Below, piece by piece: positions 51,361 to 62,741 of a stretch of DNA of 64,000 nucleotides. The stretch is from Planctomycetota bacterium. Its GTDB lineage: Bacteria > Planctomycetota > SZUA-567 > H5-PLA8. Numbering within the stretch: the first letter of the stretch is position 1; every line of letters starts with the position of its first letter. The stretch is from contig JBBRPR010000003.1 of assembly GCA_038227875.1 (NCBI GenBank), forward strand, positions 96,001-160,000. The letters are read 5' to 3'. The translations under genes were made by a program, and so were the position numbers. Below the pieces are notes generated by a model, which was given only the letters and a program-made list of their open reading frames with translations, was not told the origin of the DNA and did not search any database.

Positions 51361-52224
51361 ATGTCCGACACCGTGACGGTCGTTGAAACTCCCCGCGACG
51401 CCTTTCAGGGGCTGCCCACTTTCATTCCCACAGCTGAAAAAATTCAGTACATCCAGGCGGTGATCGATGCCGGCGTGAAGCACGTCGACCTGGGCAGTTT
51501 TGTTTCACCGAAAGCCGTGCCGCAGATGGCCGATTCCGAAGAGGTCGTCCGCTCGTTCCGCAAAGCCCCGGAGCTGGAACGCATCGCCATCGTCGTCAAC
51601 GGCAAGGGCGTGCAGCGCGCGATTGAAGTCGGCGGGCTGGACGCCATTGGCTTTCCCTTCAGCCTCTCCCGCGATTTTCAGCTTCACAACACCAAGATGA
51701 CCAGCACGCAGACCTGGCCGCTGGTCGAACAGTTCATCATCCAGACCGAACTTCACGACATGTCGTTCATCCTCTATCTGTCGATGGCCTTTGGCAATCC
51801 TTACGGCGAAGCGTGGGACGAACAGGCGCTGCTGCGCTACATCAAAAGTCTCGCGGCGATGGGCGTGCGGCATGTCTCACTGGCCGACACAGTCGCGGTC
51901 GCCAAACCCGATCAGGTCAAACGCGTGTTCACGCAGGTGATCCGCGATTATCCGGAGATCGAATTCAGCGCGCACTTCCACGGTCGCCCGCACGATTGGT
52001 TTGCGTGCGTGGACGCGGCGCTGGAGGCCGGTTGCCGGCGCTTCGACGCGGCCTGCGGCGGACTCGGCGGCTGCCCGTTCGCACAGGACAAACTGATCGC
52101 CAACATTCCCACGGAAGGACTGGTCGACCGCCTGGAGCGCGCGGGTTTCAAGACCGGCGTGGACGTCGATAAACTTCGCCACTGCGCCGAGAGCGCGCGC
52201 GGGTTGCAGCAGAAATACGGATGA
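51361..52224 (+). CDS. Hydroxymethylglutaryl-CoA lyase family protein
   Basis: ETPRDAFQG, SFVSPKAVPQMAD, SLADT, AHFH and GLGGCPFA. Confidence 0.9.
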   Translation: MSDTVTVVETPRDAFQGLPTFIPTAEKIQYIQAVIDAGVKHVDLGSFVSPKAVPQMADSEEVVRSFRKAPELERIAIVVNGKGVQRAIEVGGLDAIGFPFSLSRDFQLHNTKMTSTQTWPLVEQFIIQTELHDMSFILYLSMAFGNPYGEAWDEQALLRYIKSLAAMGVRHVSLADTVAVAKPDQVKRVFTQVIRDYPEIEFSAHFHGRPHDWFACVDAALEAGCRRFDAACGGLGGCPFAQDKLIANIPTEGLVDRLERAGFKTGVDVDKLRHCAESARGLQQKYG

Positions 52225-52240
52225 GCGCACGCGTCGCGCT

Positions 52241-53293
52241 TCACTGCGCGACGACGACGCGGAAGCCGACGCAGTAGCTGCGCTTGTCCGGGCGGAAGGC
52301 GTTGCGCGTTGAGGCGCGGCAGCGGGACTCGGTGTCCAGCCACGAGCTCCCGCGCACGACGCGGAACATGCCCGTCATGGGCCCGGTCGGATCCGGCACG
52401 GGCGAGATGGCGTAGTATCCTTCGTCGAACCAATCCTGGCACCACTGCATCACGTTGCCGTGCATGTCATACAAACCCCACGCGTTGGGCTTGATGTTCT
52501 TGACGCTGTCGTCGGCGCTGTGCGTGGTGTTCTTGCTGTTCGCGCCAAACCACGCAAGCTTGCCGAGTTCCTGCGGATTGTCCGTGCCGGAGTACAGCGT
52601 GCGCGACCCGGCGCGGCAGGCGTATTCCCATTCCGCCTCGGTGGGCAGCCGCACCGTCCGTCCGCTGGCCTTGCTCACGCGCGAACAGAACGCCGCCGCG
52701 TCCTCCCAACTGATCTGCTCGACCGGGTGGTCGGGCGCTTTGAAAAAGCTGTAATTGATCCGCATGACCGCATCAAACTGCTGCTGCGAAACGCAGAATT
52801 TACCCATGAGAAACGGCCGCGTAATGGAGACCGCGTGCACCGGACGTTCGTTGGGCAGCGCGGTTAACTCGCTGCGGTCGGAGTTACTCTTGCGCCAGCG
52901 CAGCAGGCCGACCATGCCCACGCCAAACGCGAGCGTGCCGCCGAGCAGCACCAATAGCGAAAAGCGCGGCCGTTCGTGGTTGATCATCGCGCGCGCGATG
53001 ACGACCACGACGAGGGAAATGATGATGCCGGTCGCACCCAGCAACAATCCCAGCCCCACCCACGGCGATTCCGGCAGCTTCTCCGTCGCGCCCATCTGAA
53101 ACGAGCCGGACGGAATTGAGACCAGTTCCATCGACAAGCCACCGCCAAGATCCAGGCGATCGCTGGCCACCGCAGGCTTCGCGGGAGCCGGATCTGGCGT
53201 CGGAGCCGGCGCAGTCTCCTCCGCTGCCCCGCCGCTGAAAGCGAGCAGCGCGCAGATAAGCACGAACGATGTAAAAATGGTACGCATGGGCAT
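52241..53293 (-). CDS. Formylglycine-generating enzyme (FGE-sulfatase) family protein with an inserted TM hairpin
   Basis: HPVEQISW, RLPTEAEWEYACRAG, PNAWGLYDMHGNV and GFRVV. Confidence 0.88.
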   Translation of the reverse strand: MPMRTIFTSFVLICALLAFSGGAAEETAPAPTPDPAPAKPAVASDRLDLGGGLSMELVSIPSGSFQMGATEKLPESPWVGLGLLLGATGIIISLVVVVIARAMINHERPRFSLLVLLGGTLAFGVGMVGLLRWRKSNSDRSELTALPNERPVHAVSITRPFLMGKFCVSQQQFDAVMRINYSFFKAPDHPVEQISWEDAAAFCSRVSKASGRTVRLPTEAEWEYACRAGSRTLYSGTDNPQELGKLAWFGANSKNTTHSADDSVKNIKPNAWGLYDMHGNVMQWCQDWFDEGYYAISPVPDPTGPMTGMFRVVRGSSWLDTESRCRASTRNAFRPDKRSYCVGFRVVVAQ

Positions 53294-53444
53294 CCCCCCA
53301 TTTTAGCGCGTTTCCCTCCGAGTGGAAAGGAAGGGGGATTTAAATTCAGAATTCAGAGTGATACCACTGGCACCAACGCGTACGCAGCATTTGATTCGGG
53401 CTGATGCGAGGCCACCCGTCGTGTTCTTTACTCCTCGTTCATCG

Positions 53445-53745
53445 TTACTTTTCCACGTCGTCGCTGCGAATGATCACGACGCCGCGTTGGAGCAAGTGCG
53501 GGAAGTCTTCGCTGTTCAGCAGTTCGCTGAGTTCGGCGCGCCAGTTCTTCATCGAGAGCTTCAAGCGCAGACGTTCTCCGCACCGCTTCAAGCCACGTGT
53601 TTATAGTTGAGTAGGGAGACGGATTTGACGAACATCTCGTCGCGTGCCCGTTCAGCCTCGGTCAGGCCGGGGTGCGTGACGGGTTTAGCTGGTTCCGCCG
53701 GTTGCTCCGGTTTCGCCGGTCGGAATTTCGCGGCGAGTTCGCGGG
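53445..53745 (-). pseudogene. Frameshifted gene remnant related to 5296-5765
   Basis: Encodes RELAAKFRPAKPEQPA (compare RELSAKFRPAKPEQPA near 5385-5432) and continues in another frame as LKRCGERLRLKLSMKNWRAELSELL...VEK*. Confidence 0.5.
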
Positions 53746-53816
53746 TTTTCGGAGTGAGGCCGAGCTTCTGACACGCGAGCACGCGGGTGCAAAATATTAG
53801 CGCCAGTTTCCACATA

Positions 53817-53888
53817 AAAAAATCCCCCGCTGAATGCGGGGGAATTTTTGCTCAGTCCTCAGTCCTCAGTCCTCAGTCCTCAGTCCTG
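53817..53888. terminator. Terminator hairpin followed by (CAGTCCT)x5 heptamer tract
   Basis: aaaaaatcccccgc-tgaat-gcgggggaattttt, then ctcagtcctcagtcct... Confidence 0.8.
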
Positions 53889-53892
53889 TCCG

Positions 53893-55167
<1,275 letters not shown>

Positions 55168-55586
55168 GGATGAAATCTCCTTTAAAAGAAGGGTTGGGTT
55201 GGGCGTAACGCTCATAAATGTAAGAGAACGGGGTCGGGAAGCCACATTTATTTTGCCGGACATAATAAATATTGACGGACATATTAAGGACAGTTTTAAG
55301 TGGTGAGTATTGAGTTTTAAATTAGCGCACGCTGCGACACCATATCGTGCGCAAATCCTTTGTCACTTTGACTTACTCCCCTCGGTGGTAGGTCTTTATG
55401 ATATGTGGAACTGGCAATTTACCCTCAAGGATGCTTTGTCAACTTTAAATGAATCAAGGAGTTACACAATAATTTTTGATGGCGTTGGGTTTGCTCCCTT
55501 GGCGACTAACGTCTGCAGTAGTTTGAGTAACCAGTTTCGCAGACAGTTTTTAAGACACGGAAGCATGCCTTTAAGGAGAGCCAAAC

Positions 55587-57524
55587 GTGGGTAAAATCAT
55601 CGGCATCGACCTCGGGACGACCAACAGCGTGGTGGCCATCCATGAAGGCAAAGAAACGAAAGTCCTCGTCAACGCGGAAGGTTCGCGCCTCACGCCGTCG
55701 GTGGTCGCATTCACCGATGACGGCCGACTCGTCGGCCGCGCGGCCAAGAGCCAGGCGGTAACCAACCCGTCCCGCACCATCTATAGTATCAAGCGATTCA
55801 TGGGCCGCCGCCACAAGGAAGTCGCGAGCGAAGAGAAGCTCGTCCCTTACAAGGTGGTCGGCGCCGAAGAGGAACTCGTACAGGTCGAGATCGACGGCAA
55901 GCGCTACTACCCGCCGGAGATTTCGGCGATCGTGCTGCAGGACCTGAAGAAGAGCGCCGAGACGTACCTGGGCGAAGCGGTCACCGAAGCGGTGATCACC
56001 GTCCCCGCGTACTTTAACGACGCTCAGCGACAGGCCACGAAAGAAGCCGGCAAGATCGCGGGCCTGGACGTGAAGCGCATCCTGAATGAACCGACGGCCG
56101 CCGCTTTGGCGTACGGCCTGGACAAGAAAAAGAACGAGAAGATCGCGATCTTCGACTTGGGTGGCGGTACGTTCGACATCTCCGTGCTGGATGTCGGCGA
56201 CGGCGTCTTCGAAGTGCTCGCGACCAACGGCGACACCCACCTGGGCGGCGACGACTGGGACCGCGTAATCGTCGACTACGTGGCCGATGAATTCAAGAAG
56301 TCGGCCGGCGTCGACCTGCGCAAGGATCCGATGGCGTTGCAGCGTCTGACGGAAGCCTGCGAAAAGGCGAAGTGCGATCTTTCGACGATGCCGCAGACGA
56401 CGATCAATCTGCCGTACATCACGGCCGATAAGACCGGACCGAAGCATTTGCAGCAGACATTGACGCGCGCGAAGTTCGAAAGCATCTGCGAAAGCCTGTT
56501 CGAACGGCTGCGCGCCCCGGTGCTCTCGGCGCTGAAGGATGCGGGCGTGACGCCCAAGGACATCGACGAAGTGGTGCTGGTCGGCGGCTCGACGCGCATG
56601 CCCAAGTGCCAGGAAATCTGCAAGATCATCTTCGACGGCAAGGAACCGCATAAGGGCGTGAATCCCGACGAAGTCGTCGCGATCGGCGCTGCGATCCAGG
56701 CCGCGGTGCTCTCCGGTGACGTCCAGGACATCGTGCTGCTCGACGTTTCTCCGCTCTCGCTGGGCGTGGAAACCCTCGGCGGCGTAACGACCGTCCTGAT
56801 CCCGCGCAACACCACGATCCCGACGCGCAAGACCGAAACGTTCTCGACGGCCGCCGACAGCCAGCCGGCGGTGGACATCCACATTCTGCAGGGCGAACGC
56901 AAGATGTCGGCCGACAACCGCACGCTGGGCCGCTTCCAGCTCGCGGGACTTCCGCCGGCGCCGCGCGGTGTACCGCAGATCGAAGTGACGTTCGACATCG
57001 ACGCGAACGGCATCCTCAACGTCTCCGCCAAGGACAAGGGGACGAACAAGGAACAGAAGATCGAGATCAAGGCGTCGTCGGGTCTGGACAAGGCCGACGT
57101 TGAACGCATGGTCCGCGAAGCCGCGTCGCACGAGTCGGAAGACAAGGCCAAGGCCGAAGTGATCGAAGCCCGCAACAAGGCCGATCAGCTCTGCTACCAG
57201 ACGGAAAAATTCATCAAGGACAACGACGCGAAGGTCTCTGCCGGAAACAAGGAAAAGGCCGACGTTGCAATCAAAGCCGTGCGTGCCGTCCTCAAGGACA
57301 CGCCCGACGACAAGACAAAGCTGGACAAGGCCGTGGCCGAACTGGAAGGCGTAAGCCACAAGATCGCCGAGGAGATTTACAAGGCCGCGGCGGCCGAAGC
57401 GCCCCAAGGCGAACCGAAGGCTCCGGGTGCCGAAGGTCCGGATGCTGGAGACAGCGCCAAGAAGCCCGCGCCGGAAGGCGAAGTCATCGACGCGGATTTC
57501 AAGGTCGTCGACGACAAGAAGTAA
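55587..57524 (+). CDS. dnaK: Chaperone DnaK
   Basis: [37 protein letters not shown] and C-terminal VIDADF. Confidence 0.98.
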   Translation: MGKIIGIDLGTTNSVVAIHEGKETKVLVNAEGSRLTPSVVAFTDDGRLVGRAAKSQAVTNPSRTIYSIKRFMGRRHKEVASEEKLVPYKVVGAEEELVQVEIDGKRYYPPEISAIVLQDLKKSAETYLGEAVTEAVITVPAYFNDAQRQATKEAGKIAGLDVKRILNEPTAAALAYGLDKKKNEKIAIFDLGGGTFDISVLDVGDGVFEVLATNGDTHLGGDDWDRVIVDYVADEFKKSAGVDLRKDPMALQRLTEACEKAKCDLSTMPQTTINLPYITADKTGPKHLQQTLTRAKFESICESLFERLRAPVLSALKDAGVTPKDIDEVVLVGGSTRMPKCQEICKIIFDGKEPHKGVNPDEVVAIGAAIQAAVLSGDVQDIVLLDVSPLSLGVETLGGVTTVLIPRNTTIPTRKTETFSTAADSQPAVDIHILQGERKMSADNRTLGRFQLAGLPPAPRGVPQIEVTFDIDANGILNVSAKDKGTNKEQKIEIKASSGLDKADVERMVREAASHESEDKAKAEVIEARNKADQLCYQTEKFIKDNDAKVSAGNKEKADVAIKAVRAVLKDTPDDKTKLDKAVAELEGVSHKIAEEIYKAAAAEAPQGEPKAPGAEGPDAGDSAKKPAPEGEVIDADFKVVDDKK

Positions 57525-57621
57525 ACTTCACGACGTAAGTGCAGGACCGCGATGCTGGGCAACAGGGCCGGACCTCCCTGGTGTCCAGCATTGTTTTTTG
57601 ATGAGATGGCCTTGCGGCCAT

Positions 57622-57866
57622 AGGGTCAGGGGTCAGGGGTCAGGGGTCAGGGGTCAGACAGATGACCAAACCGCGATGCCACTGCGATCGCACTGGCAAA
57701 GCCAGACTTTCGCTCCGCTCCAAGTCCGTCTGTGCCAGTGGCACCAACGCGGTTTGGAATTCGGCGCGCGCAACTTTACTGCCTTCTGCCTACTTGTTTT
57801 CCCATCCGATCAAACCATACTTCAGCACGCACGCGCACCCAACTCTGACCCCTGGCCCCTGACCCT
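57622..57866. repeat. Inverted GGGGTCA/TGACCCC heptamer tracts enclosing a CACTGGC..GCCAGTGGCACC REP-like palindrome
   Basis: About five ggggtca units at 57622-57658; ctgacccctggcccctgaccc at 57844-57865; gtgccagtggcacc near 57732-57745. Confidence 0.75.
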
Positions 57867-57871
57867 GCTGT

Positions 57872-58810
57872 ATGAGCGACTTTCTCGATCCTCTCGATCC
57901 GCAAAATCGCGCGCTACTGAAGCGCTATTTGTCGTCGGCGCTCGGCGGGGATGTGGCGCAGTTCATTGGCATTCCGGAAGCGCCCAAAGCTACACGGGGC
58001 GGGGTGGAGAATCGCAATTACGAGCTGACGGCGTTTGTCGGCGATGTCAGCCGGCGCTTCGTGCTGCGGTGTCCGCCCGCGGAGATTCCGGAATGGCGAT
58101 CGCTGGACGGGCTCTACGATCTGCACCGCGAATTCCGCGTGCTCCAGGAGCTCCAGAATTTTCCGCAGCTGGGCGCACCGAAAGCGTACGGCTACGACGC
58201 GGGCGAGACGTTCGGTGCGCCGTGTTTTCTGATGGACACCGTCGATGGCGCGCCGCTGACCGAACACCTCGTACCCGAGCTGAATCCGAAGCTGCTCCGC
58301 CAGTTCACCGCACGCCTCGCGGAGATCAGTCGCGTGGCGTACCAGGACAACCCCTGGCTGAACGAACATCTGCCGCGCTGGACGAATGAGTGGTGGTTCG
58401 GCTGGTTCGAGCGGATGGTCAAACCCGAGGCGAAGGATGCCTTGTACGAACGCGCGCTGGCGTGGTTGAAAGAGAAGCAGCCGGCGAAGCGCGCGCTGGT
58501 CTTCGCACACGGCGACGCGAATCCCGGTAACTTTCTCGTCCGCGACGACGCGATCAGCGGCGTGGTCGACTGGGAATTCGCGGGGCTGAGCGACGATCCG
58601 TTCAGCGAGATCGGATTCTTCGTCTGGCTTCACGACGGCCAGCTGGCCAAACCGCTCGCGCAGGAACTTTCCGATGTCCTCCAGCGCGACATCAAGGAAA
58701 CGAAGTGGTACTTCGTCCGCGCATGGCTGGGCATCACCTTTCTCGGCACGGATCCGGCGTCGGAGCTTTTCCAACTGCGCCGTGAGGTGCTGGCGCAGCT
58801 GACGGCGTGA
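57872..58810 (+). CDS. APH/choline-kinase-like phosphotransferase family protein
   Basis: FVLR, HGDANPGNFL and VVDWEFA. Confidence 0.85.
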   Translation: MSDFLDPLDPQNRALLKRYLSSALGGDVAQFIGIPEAPKATRGGVENRNYELTAFVGDVSRRFVLRCPPAEIPEWRSLDGLYDLHREFRVLQELQNFPQLGAPKAYGYDAGETFGAPCFLMDTVDGAPLTEHLVPELNPKLLRQFTARLAEISRVAYQDNPWLNEHLPRWTNEWWFGWFERMVKPEAKDALYERALAWLKEKQPAKRALVFAHGDANPGNFLVRDDAISGVVDWEFAGLSDDPFSEIGFFVWLHDGQLAKPLAQELSDVLQRDIKETKWYFVRAWLGITFLGTDPASELFQLRREVLAQLTA

Positions 58811-58828
58811 GTTGGTGATCGGCGATCT

Positions 58829-58985
58829 GGTGTGACGGATACGCAAAAGTCAGAGCGTAGCGAAAACTTTTGTTCGTCCGTGAGTGACGCGCCGCAAGAG
58901 CCAACAGGCTCCGCCAGTTCGATGCGTCACGCACGGATGAACGGACACTTTTGCTACGGTCAAGCGCCTGCGCATCCGTGGCACC
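58829..58985. repeat. Structured element with GGTGCCACGGATGCGCAG-type terminal inverted repeats
   Basis: The right end ctgcgcatccgtggcacc is identical to 63942-63959; internal stem 58872-58890/58924-58942. Confidence 0.6.
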
Positions 58986-59057
58986 AGGAGCACCAGTGGC
59001 ATCCGCGGCACCAGAAGATTTTGACCCTGCGGTAAATTTACCTTAGGGTGGAAAGCC

Positions 59058-60089
59058 ATGGGCACGCGCAATTATGGTCCGGAACCGGAGTGGGGGCTGG
59101 AGTTCTTCCATGCGCACTCGCATCCGCTGGACGAATTCCCGGCGCTGACGCATGTTCACGAAGTCCGCTCCGGACCTAACAACACGATTCCCGAGCACAT
59201 TCACGAGACGTTTGAGATCTGTTACATCCACTCGGGTTTCGGCGAGTGGTTTGCCGAAGGGCGAAACTACCGGGTCAAACCGGGCGACCTTTACATCGTC
59301 AAGCCCGGCGAACGCCACGGCGGCCGCGTCGATCCGAAAGATCCCTACCACATTTTTGTGCTCGGCATCGACCCCACGGCGCTGCCGCTGCTGCCGGGAA
59401 CGTCCCTGCTCCCCGCGCCACGCGAAAATCCGCACCGGCAGCGGGTCGAAGCGATCAAGAAGCAGGGCGTGAAAGTGTTCGACGCGCCACTGCGCGACGT
59501 GACGCAGGCCATCAGCGAGGCGCGCGCGCTCAGCGACGACTTCACTGCGCTCGACCAGCGCGTGATTCCCGGCGGGCAGGGGATCGAGCAGATTTACCGG
59601 CGCATCCTGACGGAACTCGACGCCCCCGACGACGGCAATGCCAAATCACGCGAACTGAAAATTCTGATGGTCCAGGCGCTGATCGTCGAACTGCTCGTCT
59701 TCATCGCGCGCCGTTACACCGCGCACCGTCAGCACAGCCGCAGCGCGACGCTCGGCACACTGCCGACGCGCGCGGAGATCGGGGAACTCCAGACGTGGCT
59801 GCGCAGCCGCATTTCCGATCCGCCGTCGCTGACGCAGATGGCCGAGAAAATCGGCTTATCGCCAGCGCATTTCGCGATGGTCTTCAAGCAGGAGACGGGC
59901 ATGACCGCGCTGGAATTCATGACTGCCGCCCGCATCGACGAAGCCGCCGCGCGCCTGCGCGCCAACCGCCGCACGAGCGTCACCGACATCGCGCTCGACC
60001 TGGGCTTCAGCTCCTCGCAGTACTTCAGCCTGGTGTTTAAGAAGTACAAGGGGTGTACGCCGAAGGAGTGGAGGAATGTCGAAAGATGA
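59058..60089 (+). CDS. AraC family transcriptional regulator
   Basis: N-terminal cupin (HIHETFEICY); C-terminal SPAHFAMVFKQETG..TDIALDLGFSSSQYFS..TPKEWR. Confidence 0.92.
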   Translation: MGTRNYGPEPEWGLEFFHAHSHPLDEFPALTHVHEVRSGPNNTIPEHIHETFEICYIHSGFGEWFAEGRNYRVKPGDLYIVKPGERHGGRVDPKDPYHIFVLGIDPTALPLLPGTSLLPAPRENPHRQRVEAIKKQGVKVFDAPLRDVTQAISEARALSDDFTALDQRVIPGGQGIEQIYRRILTELDAPDDGNAKSRELKILMVQALIVELLVFIARRYTAHRQHSRSATLGTLPTRAEIGELQTWLRSRISDPPSLTQMAEKIGLSPAHFAMVFKQETGMTALEFMTAARIDEAAARLRANRRTSVTDIALDLGFSSSQYFSLVFKKYKGCTPKEWRNVER

Positions 60090-60173
60090 ATGTCGAATGT
60101 CGAAGAGCTGAGGTCGCGGCAATTTCACGCGAGGGACCGGTCCACCCCTCGCGGGTTATTCAGTCACGCCTAT

Positions 60174-60208
60174 GAAAAAACGCGCCGCTACATGCGGCGC
60201 GTTTTTTC
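60174..60208. terminator. Bidirectional terminator
   Basis: gaaaaaacgcgccgc-tacat-gcggcgcgttttttc. Confidence 0.85.
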
Positions 60209-60225
60209 GACATTCGACATTCGCC

Positions 60226-62103
60226 TCAGTCCTTCTTTTCCGCCCGGTCGATCATGTGATAGCGGTAGTAGACTTCCATGCAGAGGATGTTCAGGGCGGT
60301 CTGGCCGACGCGGCCCCATTTGATTGAGCCTTCGCCGTGCGGGTTCCAGCTGCCGTCGTTTTCCTGGCGCATCAGCACGGCTTCCTTCAACTTCTCGTTC
60401 CATTCCTTCCAGACTTCGCCGCCCACTTGGAACATGACCAGTGTGTCGTAGTACCAGCCATACATGTTGACTGACCAATCCACGTCGCGGTGTGTCTTGT
60501 CGGTATTGGGCAGATCGGCGCGCTTGTCGGAGATCAGCCAGTGCGCGGCGTCTTCGAGTTCATGGACCGGCGTGCCGGTGTAGAGGCGGCAGAGCAGGGC
60601 GATGGCGGTGCGTTGCTTGGTGACTCCGGGGAAGCCGGCCTTGACGGGATAGTATTGGTAGCGATGTCCGTAGGGATCGCCGGCGTCTTTGACCTGGCAG
60701 GCGTTGAGAAAGTTGATGCCGCCTTCCAGCGCAAAGGTGTCGACGTGAAGCCCGGCGACTTTCGCGGACTTCAGCAGCATGATGTGCCAGCCGGTGTTGC
60801 TCATGTCGGGGAGATTGTTGCCCTTGGCGTACGTCCAGCCGGATTTCTCAGAGCCTTCACCCTGCTGCATTTTGATGGTGTAATCGACGCAGCCCTGCGC
60901 GGCGGTTTTCGTTTCGGGCACGCGGGCCATGCCCGTCGCTTCGCAGAGCGCCATGCCGGCGATGGCGTGGGCGTAGCCGAACTTTGTCAGGCTGCCGTCG
61001 GGTTGCTGCTTGCTGATCAGGTACTTCACCGCGCGCTGGACATGATCCTTGTAGTGGCCGACTTTCTCCGTGTGCCCGGCGCCGAGGAACGCCAGCAGCG
61101 CCAGCCCGGTGCAGGCGATGTCGTAATCTTCCGCCGAGGTCGCTGTGCCGCCGGCGACGAATTGCGAGCCGTGTTTCACCGAATCCCAGCGGCCATCCTG
61201 TTCCTGATTTTTCGCCAGCCACTCCAGGCCCTTGTCGACGGCACCTTCCGTCTGCTTGGAGCCGCCCATCTTCTGGACCATCAGTTTGCGTCCGCCGCCG
61301 GTGCGCGAACCAAACGCGCCCTTGCCCGCGCCGCTTCCGGTGCCCACGCCTGTGCCGTCGCCGCCGCCGAACCCGCCGCCCTTGCCTTTGCTCGGGCTGC
61401 CGCCGACGCCGATCAGATCTTCCATCCCGACGCTGCCACCCATGCCACCGCCACCCGCGGCGTCCGCGTTGCCGCCCACACTGTGGAAGCTCTCCGCCTC
61501 GGGATTGCCATAGGCGCTTTGCGTGTCCGGCCGGTCCGGGTTGATGGTCTCGAAGTGATCGCCCAACTGCGCCTGCGCGAGAATGTCCGGCGGCACGTCG
61601 ATCTTGGACTGAATGTCAGAAGTCGGATCCGTGGCCTTCACGTCCTTGGACTGCAGGACATCGGTGAGTTCCGAGCGTGTCTTCTCCGGCTCATCCGTGA
61701 TTTTCGGCGCGGGCGTGAGCTCGGTCATCATGATCACCGCGTCATCGGACTTCGGCATCTCAATGGCCATCGAAACCAGGCCGGCCAGCGAAATCACGAG
61801 CGTGTGAAGCGCGACCGAGACGAACCACCAGGGCACACCGGTCAGGCGCGTCATCAGGCTCTCGGCCGGCTGAGCGGATGTGGCGATGCCCGCTGCGCCC
61901 TCACGCGAGTCGCCGGTAATCGGCTGGACCTGCGAGTATTCCATCAAGCTGTGGACTTCACGGAAGGACGCGAGCTGCGCGCGGCAACTTGCACAGCCGG
62001 CGACATGCGCTTCCAGCGCGCGGATGGTGTCGTCGGAGAGCGTGCCGTCGAGATAACTTTCCGCGTGCTCCTGGACGAGCTCGCACTGGTCGATTGCAAT
62101 CAT
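60226..62103 (-). CDS. Zinc-finger (zf-HC2) anti-sigma factor fused via a TM and Gly-rich linker to a prenyltransferase/squalene-cyclase-repeat domain
   Basis: C..YLDGTL..HVAGCASCR; TM WWFVSVALHTLVI; AVDKGLEWLAKNQEQDGRW, TGLALLAFLGAG and QENDGSW. Confidence 0.8.
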   Translation of the reverse strand: MIAIDQCELVQEHAESYLDGTLSDDTIRALEAHVAGCASCRAQLASFREVHSLMEYSQVQPITGDSREGAAGIATSAQPAESLMTRLTGVPWWFVSVALHTLVISLAGLVSMAIEMPKSDDAVIMMTELTPAPKITDEPEKTRSELTDVLQSKDVKATDPTSDIQSKIDVPPDILAQAQLGDHFETINPDRPDTQSAYGNPEAESFHSVGGNADAAGGGGMGGSVGMEDLIGVGGSPSKGKGGGFGGGDGTGVGTGSGAGKGAFGSRTGGGRKLMVQKMGGSKQTEGAVDKGLEWLAKNQEQDGRWDSVKHGSQFVAGGTATSAEDYDIACTGLALLAFLGAGHTEKVGHYKDHVQRAVKYLISKQQPDGSLTKFGYAHAIAGMALCEATGMARVPETKTAAQGCVDYTIKMQQGEGSEKSGWTYAKGNNLPDMSNTGWHIMLLKSAKVAGLHVDTFALEGGINFLNACQVKDAGDPYGHRYQYYPVKAGFPGVTKQRTAIALLCRLYTGTPVHELEDAAHWLISDKRADLPNTDKTHRDVDWSVNMYGWYYDTLVMFQVGGEVWKEWNEKLKEAVLMRQENDGSWNPHGEGSIKWGRVGQTALNILCMEVYYRYHMIDRAEKKD

Positions 62104-62741
62104 GGATGACTCCCTGGATGTTGCGTCTCGATGTCGTCGCTCAACTCTTCGCCCGGCGGAGTGCCAGGGCGCGGGGGCGCCGACTTGAATTGTTCACGCA
62201 GCACGCCGTGCAGCAGGACGTTGGCCTGAAACAGCTGCCGCTTCAGCGTGCTGAACGGAATGTTGAGCTGCTCGGAAATCTCTTTGGAAGACAGGTGTTG
62301 AAAGTAGCGCAGACGGACAATCTCGCGGAGTTCGACGGGCAGTTTCTCCAGCGCTTTGCGGACGGAGTCGCGCAGTTCGAGCATGCTGAAACCGCCGGTC
62401 GTGAATGCGGAATCCTGATCGCGCAGCGCGTCTTTCTTCTGGCCCACGGTGCGGTGATTTTCGCGCGCGCGGTCCAGCGCATTGCGGCGGTTGATCATGC
62501 GCAGCCACTGGCCGATGGAGCTGCCTTGAGTCTGGGGCGTATGCGTGCGGTCGCTGAACGCTTCGACGAAGGTTTTCTGGACCACGTCTTCGGCGTCGTC
62601 GCGGTTGCCGAGAATGCCGGTGGCCTGGTTGGTCAGTTCGGTGCGGTACTGTTCGAGCAACTCCCAGAACTCTTCGGGAATGGCGGACCGGGGATCGGAG
62701 GAGGCGTTGTTCAAGATGGTTTGCGCCGCAGTGGTGATCAT
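62100..62741 (-). CDS. ECF sigma-70 factor
   Basis: DAEDVVQKTF, WLRMINRRNALD and LEKLP..REIVRLRYF..SSKEISEQLNIP; ATGA overlap with the anti-sigma gene. Confidence 0.9.
   Translation of the reverse strand: MITTAAQTILNNASSDPRSAIPEEFWELLEQYRTELTNQATGILGNRDDAEDVVQKTFVEAFSDRTHTPQTQGSSIGQWLRMINRRNALDRARENHRTVGQKKDALRDQDSAFTTGGFSMLELRDSVRKALEKLPVELREIVRLRYFQHLSSKEISEQLNIPFSTLKRQLFQANVLLHGVLREQFKSAPPRPGTPPGEELSDDIETQHPGSHP

Noticed and set aside
55321..55356. CIRCE element upstream of dnaK
   Set aside because: An imperfect inverted repeat (ttagcgcacg...cgtgcgcaaa) exists but does not match TTAGCACTC-N9-GAGTGCTAA in sequence or spacing.
55506..57407. 633-aa ORF antisense to dnaK, and similar long antisense ORFs (3016-4488, 48703-50241, 60490-62109)
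   Set aside because: These are shadow ORFs expected from high-GC codon bias opposite well-supported genes.
57872..58810. Aminoglycoside-resistance gene
   Set aside because: Only generic APH-superfamily motifs are present; there is no mobile context and the substrate cannot be inferred.
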